Assembly (NCBI GenBank): GCA_965228895.1
Contig: OZ245842.1
Span: 3,968,001 to 4,032,000, forward strand
Length of the DNA stretch: 64,000 bases
Direction: 5' to 3'
DNA from: Alphaproteobacteria bacterium
Lineage (GTDB): Bacteria; Pseudomonadota; Alphaproteobacteria; SP197
Of the stretch, positions 9,407 through 18,786 are shown one piece after another (position 1 is the stretch's first letter; the number at the start of each line of letters is the position of its first letter). The position numbers were made by a program, and so were the translations under genes. The notes under the pieces were generated by a model. The model was not told the DNA's origin, ran no database searches, and saw only the letters and a list, made by a program, of their open reading frames with translations.

Positions 9407-10918
9407 CTATCGGGTACCCGCGTCAAGACACGCGTCGAACGCGCCGTCGCGCAGCATCGTGGTAACCGCCTCCAGATCAACCGTCAGGCTGCGGTCCTGA
9501 TCCAGCGGCTCGACCGCCTCGCGCACGCGGTCGCGCAGCGCTTGGGCGACCGGCGCCACCCGATCCAGACGGCGCAGATCGAGGGCCTGTGCACCGACGA
9601 TCAGTTCGGCCGCCATGATCTGTTGCATAAGTTGAAGTGCCTCCGCGGCCTTGCGCACCGCGAGCGGCGTCATCGGCGCGTGATCCTCAACCGGGTAACC
9701 CATGGAATCGAGCAGGCTGGCCGGTTGCGCCTTCATCTTGACCTCCTTGGCGAGCGCCTCGGTGGTCGCCGTCATCAGCGCGAGACCGGTATGGACAATG
9801 CCGCGCTCGGTCAGCAAATCCGGCAGATCGGTGAACTCGGACTTCATCATCCGCGCGACACGTTGCGACGCCAGCGTTGCCGTCTGCGCAACCGCCAAGC
9901 CGAGAGCGTCGAAAGCGACGGCCATGGCGGGCGTGTGAAAGTTGCCGTTCGACAACACCTCTTCGTCATCGACCAGAACCAGCGGGTTATCGCCGGCGCC
10001 GTTAATCTCAACGAGCACGTTGGGCGCGCAGAAATCGATGGCCGCGCGCAAGCTGCCGTGCACGTGGCTGACACAGCGCAGGCTGATCGGATCCTGAAGC
10101 CGTCGCGGTTCGCCGTCCTCGAACAGGGTGCTGCCTGCCATCTTGTCACGCAGACTGGCCGCTGCCCGGGCTTGACCGGGAGCACCGCGCGACCGGACGA
10201 CCCGGGGATCGATGGGGCTGGGGTTGGCACGAAACGCCTCGAATGAGAGGACCGCGATGGCATCCAGAAGTTCGGCCATATGGGCGGCATCGTGAAGGAC
10301 CAACGCGCCATAACCCGCCGAAATCGAGTTGGCGCTGCACAGTGCCAAGCCTTCTTTCTCGAGCGGTTCGACCGTCTCGATACCGGCCCTTGCCATGGCG
10401 TCGGGCCCAGTCATCGTCTCGTTGGCGAACGTCGCATGGCCCTCGCCGATCAGCGGCAAGGCAAGGTTGGCGAGGAGCGGCAGGTCCGACGCGCCGAGAG
10501 AACCGACCGACGGCACCAGCGGATGAACGCCGGCGTTCAACATGGCGCACTGGGTCTCGACGATAAGCGGCCTGACGCCGGCGCCACCCTGGGCCATGCT
10601 GCTGGCGCGCGCGGCCAGCGCGGCGCGTACGACCTCGTCCGGCAGATAAGGTCCGGCGCCGCAGGCACGCGCCAGGACGACGATCCGGCTGGAACCTTGG
10701 CGCTGGTCCTCGTCAATCTCGTGGACCACCCGTCCGCCGAGGCCACGGGTCATCCCGTAAACCGGCCTGCCCTCTTCGGCAAATCGCTCGATCACCTGTC
10801 GCGAGCGGTCCATCCGCTGCCGGGCCGGCTCGCTCAGCGCCACCGTGCCGCCGCCGCGCGCAATCGCCACAATCTCGGCGATACCGATCGCCTCCAAACC
10901 CAAATGAACGTCTGCCAT
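9407..10918 (-). CDS. Histidine/aromatic amino acid lyase-family protein, MIO-less variant
   Basis: VYGMTRGLG, GSLGASDL (no ASG), KEGLAL, QDPISLRC, DNPL, NGNFH, VEDH; GGAGG RBS before ATG at 10918. Confidence 0.85.
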   Translation of the reverse strand: MADVHLGLEAIGIAEIVAIARGGGTVALSEPARQRMDRSRQVIERFAEEGRPVYGMTRGLGGRVVHEIDEDQRQGSSRIVVLARACGAGPYLPDEVVRAALAARASSMAQGGAGVRPLIVETQCAMLNAGVHPLVPSVGSLGASDLPLLANLALPLIGEGHATFANETMTGPDAMARAGIETVEPLEKEGLALCSANSISAGYGALVLHDAAHMAELLDAIAVLSFEAFRANPSPIDPRVVRSRGAPGQARAAASLRDKMAGSTLFEDGEPRRLQDPISLRCVSHVHGSLRAAIDFCAPNVLVEINGAGDNPLVLVDDEEVLSNGNFHTPAMAVAFDALGLAVAQTATLASQRVARMMKSEFTDLPDLLTERGIVHTGLALMTATTEALAKEVKMKAQPASLLDSMGYPVEDHAPMTPLAVRKAAEALQLMQQIMAAELIVGAQALDLRRLDRVAPVAQALRDRVREAVEPLDQDRSLTVDLEAVTTMLRDGAFDACLDAGTR

Positions 10919-11115
10919 CGCGCCACCTCCTCTACCGGCGGGTGAATCCGCCCCGCCACCTGCTTCTAACGGGGCGGCCGCACCGTGCCAATTGTTGGAA
11001 ATTCCTGCCGGGTGATCATGGTCACTGGCAATTCGTACGGATGTGCCAACATTTAAGGTGTTCATAAGAACAACGAGTTTCGAAGACAGCGCAAACCTCT
11101 TCGAATCAGCACTTT

Positions 11116-11155
11116 AGCCCCCGCTGAACCAGGCCTCGGGTCAGCGGGGGCTTTC
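11116..11155 (+). terminator. Strong hairpin, probable intrinsic terminator of a candidate sRNA
   Basis: Perfect 12-bp stem AGCCCCCGCTGA/TCAGCGGGGGCT followed by a short T run. Confidence 0.55.
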
Positions 11156-11386
11156 ATGTCTGCTCCACAGCACCCATCCGGCTGGCCAAACCACCCCTTT
11201 CGATCCGTACGCCTTCGCCCAAAGGGTGTGATGAGCATCATCAATGCGACCGGTTTTCGTCAGGTTCCCTTGCCGGCCTGCGAAGCCAACAAAACCGCAA
11301 TCGGTCGTTGCTCCGACACCGACGGACGTCTTATCAAGAACACATTCTGGCCCTAGTGATTCGGCCGGGGCTGTCTTGCGGGGATT

Positions 11387-13438
11387 GTGATGAAAAAGCT
11401 TCTGATTGGCGTTGGCGTTGTCATCGTCCTGTTGATTGTCGTCGTGCTGGTCGCGCCGATGTTCATTCCGATCGATTGGGTGAAGGAACAAATCGTCGCA
11501 CAGGTGAAAGAGAGCACCGGCCGCGACCTGAAACTGGACGGCGATGTCAGCGTGTCGCTGTTGCCCACCACCTCCGTCGAGGTCACCGACGTCGCACTCA
11601 GCAACCGGCCGGGCAGCGATGTCACGGACATGGTGACCCTGAAAGGCCTGGAGTTGGATGTCGGGCTTTTCCCGCTGATCGACGGCCAGCTCGAAATCAA
11701 CCGCTTCGTCCTGATCGAGCCCGATATCTATCTGGAAGTCGATCAGCAAGGCCAGGGCAACTGGGTGTTTGAGGGCCAGGGCGGCGAGACCACGACGGCT
11801 GACGACACCTCCGGCGACACATCGTCAGGTGGCGGCGCCGATCTCGGCAGCATCAAACTGGGCGACGTGCGGATCGAGAACGGCCGCCTGACCTATGCCG
11901 ATCTCGCCACCGGCGAGACGACCGTTATCTCGGACCTCAACATCACCTTCGATCTGCCGGACATGGATAGCCCCTTTGTCGGCGACGGCAGCCTGACGTT
12001 CAACGACCAGCCGGTCACCTTCACGGTCTCGACCGGCGCGCCCGCAGCGCTGAATGCAGGACAGCCCGTCGATGCGTCCTTCGAGCTGACGAGCGACAGC
12101 GTCACAACCACCTTCAACGGCACCATGGCGACCGGCAACGGCCCAGCGCTGAACGGCCAGTTGGATCTCCAGATCCCCAGTCTGCCGGGTCTCGTCGCGT
12201 GGGTCGCCGAACCTCTGCCGGACGACACACCGGCACCGGAGGCCATCACAATCACCGGTCAGCTCGATCTGGCCGCGGCGCGGTATGCGTTCAACAGCGC
12301 TTCGATCAAGATCGACGAGATGACCACCGAGGGCGACATGGCGGTCGACATGAGTGGCGCCAAGCCGATGGTGACCGCATCCCTCGCCGTCGATCACATC
12401 AACCTCAATCCCTATATGGGCGACACGGCCGGTGATGGCGAAGCCTCAGGCGATAGCGGCGGTACCGCTGACGGCGGCGATACAGGCGGCCAGCAACAAG
12501 GCTGGAGCGAGGAACCGTTCGACTTCTCCGCTCTTGATCTTCTTGACGCCGATCTCTCGCTGACTGCCCAGGCCATTACCATTCAGGAAATCAAGATTGG
12601 TCCCAGCGCCGTCGACGTCGACATCACCGATGGTTCGATGAACGTGAACCTGAAGGAGATGGAGCTCTACGACGGTCAGGGTACGGCGACGGTCGAGCTC
12701 AACCGCGGCGGCTCGGTGCCGCAGATCAACAAGACGTTGAATGTCCAGGCGATCCAGGCGGAACCGCTGCTGACCGACGCCGCCGGGTTCGAAAAACTGT
12801 CGGGCACCGGCGCCATTCAGATGCAGGTTACAGCCTATGGCAACTCGCAAAAGGAGATGGTCGACACGTTGAACGGGGATGGCAGCATCATGTTCCAGGA
12901 CGGCGCCTTCCAGGGCATCAACCTGGCGAGCATGCTGCGCAACTTCTCTTTGGAAGCCCTGCAAGGCGCCATGGACTCAACGCAGAAGACCGACTTCGCG
13001 GAGCTGTCAGGCACGTTTACCATCGACAACGGTATCGTCAGCAACAACGACCTCTTGATGGTCGCACCGCTGCTGCGTGTGAATGGCGAAGGCACGATAC
13101 CTATGCCGCCGCGCACCCTCGACTATCTGATCGTGGCCAAGGCGGTTGCCTCGCTGGAAGGTCAAGGCGGCGAAACGGATCAGAGCGGCGTTCCGGTGCC
13201 GTTGAAGATCACGGGTTCATGGGATAACCCGTCGGTTCAGCCGGACATGGAAGCCATGGCGCGCGGCCTGTTGGAAGACCCCGATGCCATCGGCGACCAG
13301 CTGCAGCAGCTTCAGGAGGGACTGGGCGGCGGCGAAGACGGATCCGGCGGTGTCGGCGATTTGCTTGAGGGTGTCACCGGCGGCGGCGAAGAAGGCTCCG
13401 GCGACGCGACGGAAACACTCAAGGGCCTGTTCGATTAA
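11387..13438 (+). CDS. AsmA family protein
   Basis: N-terminal TM, VKESTGRDLKLDGD, TDFAELSGTFTIDNG, VPLKITGSWDNP. Confidence 0.9.
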   Translation: MMKKLLIGVGVVIVLLIVVVLVAPMFIPIDWVKEQIVAQVKESTGRDLKLDGDVSVSLLPTTSVEVTDVALSNRPGSDVTDMVTLKGLELDVGLFPLIDGQLEINRFVLIEPDIYLEVDQQGQGNWVFEGQGGETTTADDTSGDTSSGGGADLGSIKLGDVRIENGRLTYADLATGETTVISDLNITFDLPDMDSPFVGDGSLTFNDQPVTFTVSTGAPAALNAGQPVDASFELTSDSVTTTFNGTMATGNGPALNGQLDLQIPSLPGLVAWVAEPLPDDTPAPEAITITGQLDLAAARYAFNSASIKIDEMTTEGDMAVDMSGAKPMVTASLAVDHINLNPYMGDTAGDGEASGDSGGTADGGDTGGQQQGWSEEPFDFSALDLLDADLSLTAQAITIQEIKIGPSAVDVDITDGSMNVNLKEMELYDGQGTATVELNRGGSVPQINKTLNVQAIQAEPLLTDAAGFEKLSGTGAIQMQVTAYGNSQKEMVDTLNGDGSIMFQDGAFQGINLASMLRNFSLEALQGAMDSTQKTDFAELSGTFTIDNGIVSNNDLLMVAPLLRVNGEGTIPMPPRTLDYLIVAKAVASLEGQGGETDQSGVPVPLKITGSWDNPSVQPDMEAMARGLLEDPDAIGDQLQQLQEGLGGGEDGSGGVGDLLEGVTGGGEEGSGDATETLKGLFD

Positions 13439-13465
13439 GGAGAACTGAGGAGCGCGACGCCGCGC

Positions 13466-14827
13466 TTAACCGGTGCCGCGCTCGCTCTGACTGGGTGAGA
13501 TAAGACGCGATGCCGGAAGCCTAACCGTCACTCTGGTGCCGACACCCGGTCTACTGTCGAGGCGCAGGGTGCCGCCATGGAGTTCCGTCAGCGCTTTGGA
13601 CAGCGGTAGACCGAGCCCCGTGCCTTGGTTTCGCGAATCGCCGGTCTGGCCAAAGCGCTCGAGGACACGCATCTGGTCTTGCGGCTCGATGCCGACGCCG
13701 GTGTCCTCGACACGGATGCAAAAATCGCCACTGGTTTCGACGCTGCCGGACAACGTCACCTTGCCGCCATGGCCAGTGAACTTGACGGCATTGTCGAGCA
13801 GGTTCAGCAAGATCTGCTTCAGCTTACGCCCATCGGCCAGCAACACGGCATCATTGGGCGTCGTCCAGGCATCAAGCGCAATCGACATGCGGCTGGCGCG
13901 CTCGCGCACAAACCAGATGGATGAGTCAAAGGCGTCACGGATAATGACCTCTTCCTCGCGCAAGGACAGCTCGCCCGCCTCGTACTTGGACAGATCAAGA
14001 ATATCGTTGATCAGGTCGAGCAGGTGCTCTCCGCTGTCGCGGATAAACAGGGCGTAGTCGCGGTAAGCATCGTGGCCCAAGGGACCAAGCTTTTGGTCGA
14101 TCAGCAACTCGGAGAAGCCGCTGATCGCGTGCAGCGGCGTGCGGAACTCATGGCTGATGTTGGCCAGGAACTCCGTCTTCGAACGGTTCGCCGCATCGGC
14201 CTCCAGTCTGGCGCGCTTGACATTGCGCTCGGTCATCTTCAGATCGGTTACGTCATGGACGGTGTAGATGACGCGCGCCCAGGTCTCGCGAAAGGCCGGC
14301 GGAACGTAATAGGTCTCCTTGATCCAACGCGGCGCGCCATCTGGATAGGGCTGACACTGGCTGGACCAGGAGTGGCTGGCGGCGCCGCGATCCAACGCCG
14401 CCAGCATCACGGCCGCCGACCACAGTGAGCCAAAAGGCGGATCGTCGTAGAGCCGCTCGACCAGCGCCCGCTTCGATGACTCCGAAAAGAACGCAAGCGC
14501 CGCATCGTTCATGTCGAGCTGAACGACATTGCTGTAGACCTCCATCAACAGCTGCAGGTCCTGCTGAAGATCGTGTTCCAGGTTCGGGCGACCGCGCAGG
14601 CCCCTTTCCTCGAGAGCCGGCGGCACGCCCGACCAGTCCTCGATCCAAATCGGCGTCGGCATCTGGTTGAACAGTTCTGCATAGACGGCTTCATCGATAC
14701 GCAACGTCGGTTGCGCGTTGTTGAGCCGGTCCATCGCCTCAACCCAGGCCTGGTTGCGAGTTCGTTCAAGATCGCTCGTCACGGAGGGGGGCTCCCATGC
14801 AGCATCCAACGACAACAATTCTGCCAC
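13466..14827 (-). CDS. Cytoplasmic sensor histidine kinase (PAS-like + HisKA + HATPase)
   Basis: FLANISHEFRTPL, NLLDNAVKFT, DTGVGI, GTGLGL. Confidence 0.92.
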   Translation of the reverse strand: MAELLSLDAAWEPPSVTSDLERTRNQAWVEAMDRLNNAQPTLRIDEAVYAELFNQMPTPIWIEDWSGVPPALEERGLRGRPNLEHDLQQDLQLLMEVYSNVVQLDMNDAALAFFSESSKRALVERLYDDPPFGSLWSAAVMLAALDRGAASHSWSSQCQPYPDGAPRWIKETYYVPPAFRETWARVIYTVHDVTDLKMTERNVKRARLEADAANRSKTEFLANISHEFRTPLHAISGFSELLIDQKLGPLGHDAYRDYALFIRDSGEHLLDLINDILDLSKYEAGELSLREEEVIIRDAFDSSIWFVRERASRMSIALDAWTTPNDAVLLADGRKLKQILLNLLDNAVKFTGHGGKVTLSGSVETSGDFCIRVEDTGVGIEPQDQMRVLERFGQTGDSRNQGTGLGLPLSKALTELHGGTLRLDSRPGVGTRVTVRLPASRLISPSQSERGTG

Positions 14828-14866
14828 GACCGGCCCATGATTGCGAAGCCCGGTCTCACCGGTACG

Positions 14867-15928
14867 TCAAGCATGGTCGGCGCCGATCGCATCGGCAGCA
14901 GTCTGGAATCCGTCCCGGCGCAGAAGGTCGGCCAGGCCGCGATCGATATCACGGACCAGACGCGGACCGCCATAGATCAGCCCGGTATAGAGCTGCACCA
15001 GTGTCGCGCCGGCCCTGATCTTGGCATAGGCATCGTCCGCGCTGGCAATCCCGCCGACCCCGATTAACGGCAGGCGTCCGGCCGTCTCCCGGTAGACGTG
15101 GCCTAAAAGCGCGGTCGAGCGGGCAAACAGCGGTCGCCCGGACAGGCCGCCGGCTTCGTCTCGGTGGCGCGAAACCAGGTCGTCCGGCCTGACAACCGTC
15201 GTGTTGGAGATCGTCAACCCGTCGAGGCCGAGCTCAAGCGCCAGGCGGGCGACCTCGACAGCGTCCTCGTCGGCCAGGTCCGGTGCGATCTTCAGGCAAA
15301 TCGGACACGCGCGCGCCGGGTCCCGCAGGCCTTGCCGCGCTGCGATGAGCGCCTCAAGCAACGGGTGCAGGTTATCGATGGCATGGAGATCGCGCAGGCC
15401 CGGTGTGTTGGGCGACGAGATGTTGACGACGACATAGTCGGCCAACGGCGCCATGACCTTGAGCCCGGCGACATAGTCGGCGATCGCATCGGTGGTGTCC
15501 TTGTTGCGCCCGATATTGGCGCCAACAAGACCATGTCCTTTCCGGGCCGCCAGACGTCGCGCGGCGGCGTCCAAACCTTGATTGTTGAAACCCAGCCGGT
15601 TGATGACCGCGGCGTCGTCAATCAGCCGGAAGACACGCGGCTTCGGATTGCCCGGTTGAGGCCGTGGCGTCACCGTGCCGGTTTCGACAAAACCGAAACC
15701 CAGCGCCAGCATGGCTTTGAAGACGCGGGCATCCTTGTCAAAGCCGGCGGCCAGGCCGATCGGGTTAGGGAAGTCGCGTCCCCAGCAGCGTGTCGCCAGG
15801 ATCGTGTCGCTTGTTGCGCCGCCACCGCCGGCAAGTCCCAATTCCAGCGCGCGCAATGTCAGGTTGTGGGCTGACTCCGGCTCGATTGAGCGCAAGACAG
15901 GGCCGAACAGACGAAATGGATCCGGCAA
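14867..15928 (-). CDS. pyrD: Quinone-dependent dihydroorotate dehydrogenase
   Basis: NPIGLAAGFDK, GNPKPRVFRL, NISSPNTPGLR, KIAPDL, GGLSG; TTG start. Confidence 0.96.
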   Translation of the reverse strand: MPDPFRLFGPVLRSIEPESAHNLTLRALELGLAGGGGATSDTILATRCWGRDFPNPIGLAAGFDKDARVFKAMLALGFGFVETGTVTPRPQPGNPKPRVFRLIDDAAVINRLGFNNQGLDAAARRLAARKGHGLVGANIGRNKDTTDAIADYVAGLKVMAPLADYVVVNISSPNTPGLRDLHAIDNLHPLLEALIAARQGLRDPARACPICLKIAPDLADEDAVEVARLALELGLDGLTISNTTVVRPDDLVSRHRDEAGGLSGRPLFARSTALLGHVYRETAGRLPLIGVGGIASADDAYAKIRAGATLVQLYTGLIYGGPRLVRDIDRGLADLLRRDGFQTAADAIGADHA

Positions 15929-16047
15929 ATTCCCTCACCGCGAGTTGACGCGCCCTTCAGCCTAACGCAAGCGCGCAAGACTGCACAGGCGGCCTGAGAC
16001 GTGATAACAAACCGCCCCTCCCGAGTCCCAGCAAGAAGGATCGCGCC

Positions 16048-16899
16048 ATGCAGTCCCTGACCTATTACGACGGTGACTTTACCGAAGGCAATCCCATGAT
16101 CATGGGACCGATGGACCAATCCTTCTGGTTCGCCACCATGATCTTCGATGGCGCGCGGGCGTTTGACGGTGTGTTGCCGGATATCGAGAAGCACAGCGAG
16201 CGCTGTCTTAACTCGGCCCGCATCATGGGCATGGAGCCGAAAGAAACCCTCGACGAGCTGGTCGACCTGACGATCACCATGGCGCGCAAGTTTCCGCGCG
16301 ACATGCAGCTTTATGTTCGACCGACCTATTGGTGCGGCGAGACCGATGCGCTCTATCCCGACCCGGACCTCACCAAATTCCTGCTGTGCCTCCACGAAGC
16401 GCCGATGGAGGAACCGAAAGGAGCAAGCGTGACGTTGTCGTCGTTCCGTCGTCCGGCACCGGACATGGCGATGACACTGGCCAAGGCGTCGAGCCTTTAT
16501 CCAGTGACCGGCGAAGCGCTGCGCGAGGCCCAGAAGAAGGGCTTCGGCAACGCCGTGATGCTGGATCACAAAGGCCATGTGGCGGAGTTCGCGACCTCCA
16601 ATCTGTTCACCGCGAAGGACGGCGTCGTGCATACGCCTGTGCCCAACGGCACATTCCTGAACGGGATCACGCGCCAGCGGGTGATCGGTCAGCTTCGCGA
16701 TACCGGCATCGAGGTCGTCGAACGCCAGATGACCTATGACGACGTCACGAGTGCCGACGAGGTCTTTTCGACCGGCAACTACAGCAAGGTCCTGCCGATC
16801 ACCAAGGTCGACAACCGCGATCTGCAGCCCGGGCCGATCTATCGCAAGGCCCGCGAACTCTATTTTGATTTTGCACGGGAATCCGCCACCACGTACTGA
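16048..16899 (+). CDS. Class IV (branched-chain-type) aminotransferase
   Basis: IFDGARAF, AKASSLY, EFATSNLF, LNGITRQ. Confidence 0.9.
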   Translation: MQSLTYYDGDFTEGNPMIMGPMDQSFWFATMIFDGARAFDGVLPDIEKHSERCLNSARIMGMEPKETLDELVDLTITMARKFPRDMQLYVRPTYWCGETDALYPDPDLTKFLLCLHEAPMEEPKGASVTLSSFRRPAPDMAMTLAKASSLYPVTGEALREAQKKGFGNAVMLDHKGHVAEFATSNLFTAKDGVVHTPVPNGTFLNGITRQRVIGQLRDTGIEVVERQMTYDDVTSADEVFSTGNYSKVLPITKVDNRDLQPGPIYRKARELYFDFARESATTY

Positions 16900-16921
16900 C
16901 GGATCCGACAGGATAAGAACA

Positions 16922-17731
16922 ATGAACGAAGCACACGAAATCAACAAAAAGTGGTGGAACGAGGTCACGCCGGTGCATGTCGACAGCGACTTCTACGCGG
17001 TCGACCGGTTTCTCGCCGGCGAGAACAAGCTGGGCAAAGTCGAGCGCGACGCGGTCGGCGATGTCACCGGCAAGCGGCTCCTGCATCTGCAGTGTCACTT
17101 CGGCATGGACACGATGTCGTGGGCCAGGCTGGGCGCTAAGGAAGCGATCGGCGTCGACTTTTCTGAAGAGGCCGTCAAGGCGGCGACCGACCTCGCAGAG
17201 AAAGCGGGCCTTTCGGACCGCGCGCGTTTCGTCGAAGGCGATGTTCAGGAGATCGGAGAGGTCGAGGGCGGCAATTTCGACGTCATCTTTACGTCCTTCG
17301 GCACCATCGTGTGGCTGTCGGATCTGAAGAAGTGGGGCCAGACGATCGCCCGGAACCTCGCCAAGGACGGTTTCTTCTATTTCCTCGATAGTCATCCGAC
17401 CTATCTGATGTACGACGAGGCCAAGAGCGACCTGACGCTGGCCTACGACTACTTCCATAACGCGGAGCCGATCGTCGATCCGCCCGGCAGCGTGAGTTAT
17501 GCCGACGAGACCTACACGATCCAATCGGGTACCCACGAGTTCCAGTGGCCGCTTGAGGACATGTACGGCGCGTTGGAGGCCGCGGGTCTGACCGTGTTCG
17601 AGACACGCGAGTACCCGTTCGGCGCCTGGCGCATGTTCCCGGACATGGAGATCGCCGAGGACGGCTATTGGTACCGCAAGCAGGCCGGCCTGCGCATACC
17701 CCTGCTGCTCGGCTTTAAGGCACGCTGGTAA
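16922..17731 (+). CDS. Class I SAM-dependent methyltransferase
   Basis: LLHLQCHFGMDT, GVDFS, FDVIFTSFG. Confidence 0.88.
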   Translation: MNEAHEINKKWWNEVTPVHVDSDFYAVDRFLAGENKLGKVERDAVGDVTGKRLLHLQCHFGMDTMSWARLGAKEAIGVDFSEEAVKAATDLAEKAGLSDRARFVEGDVQEIGEVEGGNFDVIFTSFGTIVWLSDLKKWGQTIARNLAKDGFFYFLDSHPTYLMYDEAKSDLTLAYDYFHNAEPIVDPPGSVSYADETYTIQSGTHEFQWPLEDMYGALEAAGLTVFETREYPFGAWRMFPDMEIAEDGYWYRKQAGLRIPLLLGFKARW

Positions 17732-17773
17732 GGCCGTGACGGCCCCTCACCGGGGCCGCTCACAGCTCGACCA

Positions 17774-17796
17774 TTGACATAAGGATATCTTTATAT
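17774..17796 (+). promoter_or_regulatory. -35 box (TTGACA) overlapping a palindromic operator, probably the SahR-type autoregulatory site
   Basis: TTGACA at 17774; near-palindrome ATAAGGATATCTTTAT at 17779-17794 just upstream of the ArsR-methyltransferase/metF operon. Confidence 0.6.
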
Positions 17797-17808
17797 CCTA
17801 ATGTCCAC

Positions 17809-18786
17809 ATGCTGAATGAAACGACCTTCGACACGATGCTCGCCGCCCTCAAGGCGGTCGGCGAGCCGACGCGGCTGCGCCTGCTGTGCTTGTGCGCCCA
17901 TAACGACCTCACCGTTTCCGAGCTGGTGCAGATCCTCGGCCAGAGCCAGCCCAGGATCTCACGTCACCTGAAATTGCTCTGCGAGGCCGGCCTTTTGGAA
18001 CGGCGCAGCGAAGGCAACTGGGCCTATTTCCGTGTCACAGATCGGGGCGCGACGGCCGATCTCAGCCGCCACTTGGTCGACCTCCTGGGCCCTGGCGACA
18101 CGGTGCTGCAGGGCGATCTCGAGCGCCTGGAAAGCCTGATACGCGCGCGCATCGAACGCGCCGACGCCTACTTCGCGGAGAACGCCGCGCGCTGGCATGA
18201 CATCCGTTCGCTCTATGTCGATGAAGCCGAAATCGAACGCTGCCTGATCGACGCCATGATGAACGAGACCGTCGACGACCTGCTCGATATCGGGACCGGT
18301 ACCGGGCGCATGGTCGAACTTTTGGCGCCGCGGGTCGGCCGCGCCATCGGGGTTGATCAGTCGCGCGCCATGCTGCAGGTCGCGCGCGCCAATCTCGAAC
18401 GCCACGGCATCAAGAACGGATCGGTCCAGCGCGCCAACATGTACAGCCTGCCCATGGCGCCGCGTTCGTTCGACGGCATCGTCATGCATCAGGTTCTGCA
18501 CTATGCCGAGCGGCCGGGCGAGGCGATCGCCGAGGCCGGCCGCGTGCTGCGCGACGGCGCGCCGCTCGCCATCGTCGACTTTGCCCGTCACGAGCGGGCC
18601 GACCTGCGCGACGCCCACGCCCATCGCTGGCTCGGCTTCGATTCCGACGACATCGCCACATGGGCGAAACGCGCCGGGCTTGCGGTCGACCGTACCGTCG
18701 ACCTGCCGGGCGCCGAGCTCACCGTTCTCATCTGGATTCTTCGCCGCACACCCACCGACACCCGACCGAACAGGAGTGCCCGATGA
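17809..18786 (+). CDS. ArsR HTH + methyltransferase-domain regulator (SahR-like)
   Basis: LKAVGEPTRLRLL...SQPRISRHLKLL; LLDIGTGTG; overlaps the metF start (ATGA). Confidence 0.88.
   Translation: MLNETTFDTMLAALKAVGEPTRLRLLCLCAHNDLTVSELVQILGQSQPRISRHLKLLCEAGLLERRSEGNWAYFRVTDRGATADLSRHLVDLLGPGDTVLQGDLERLESLIRARIERADAYFAENAARWHDIRSLYVDEAEIERCLIDAMMNETVDDLLDIGTGTGRMVELLAPRVGRAIGVDQSRAMLQVARANLERHGIKNGSVQRANMYSLPMAPRSFDGIVMHQVLHYAERPGEAIAEAGRVLRDGAPLAIVDFARHERADLRDAHAHRWLGFDSDDIATWAKRAGLAVDRTVDLPGAELTVLIWILRRTPTDTRPNRSAR

Noticed and set aside
10985-11049. Sigma-54 promoters (TTGGCAC on the minus strand, twice)
   Set aside because: No TTGC at the required -12 spacing in either case.
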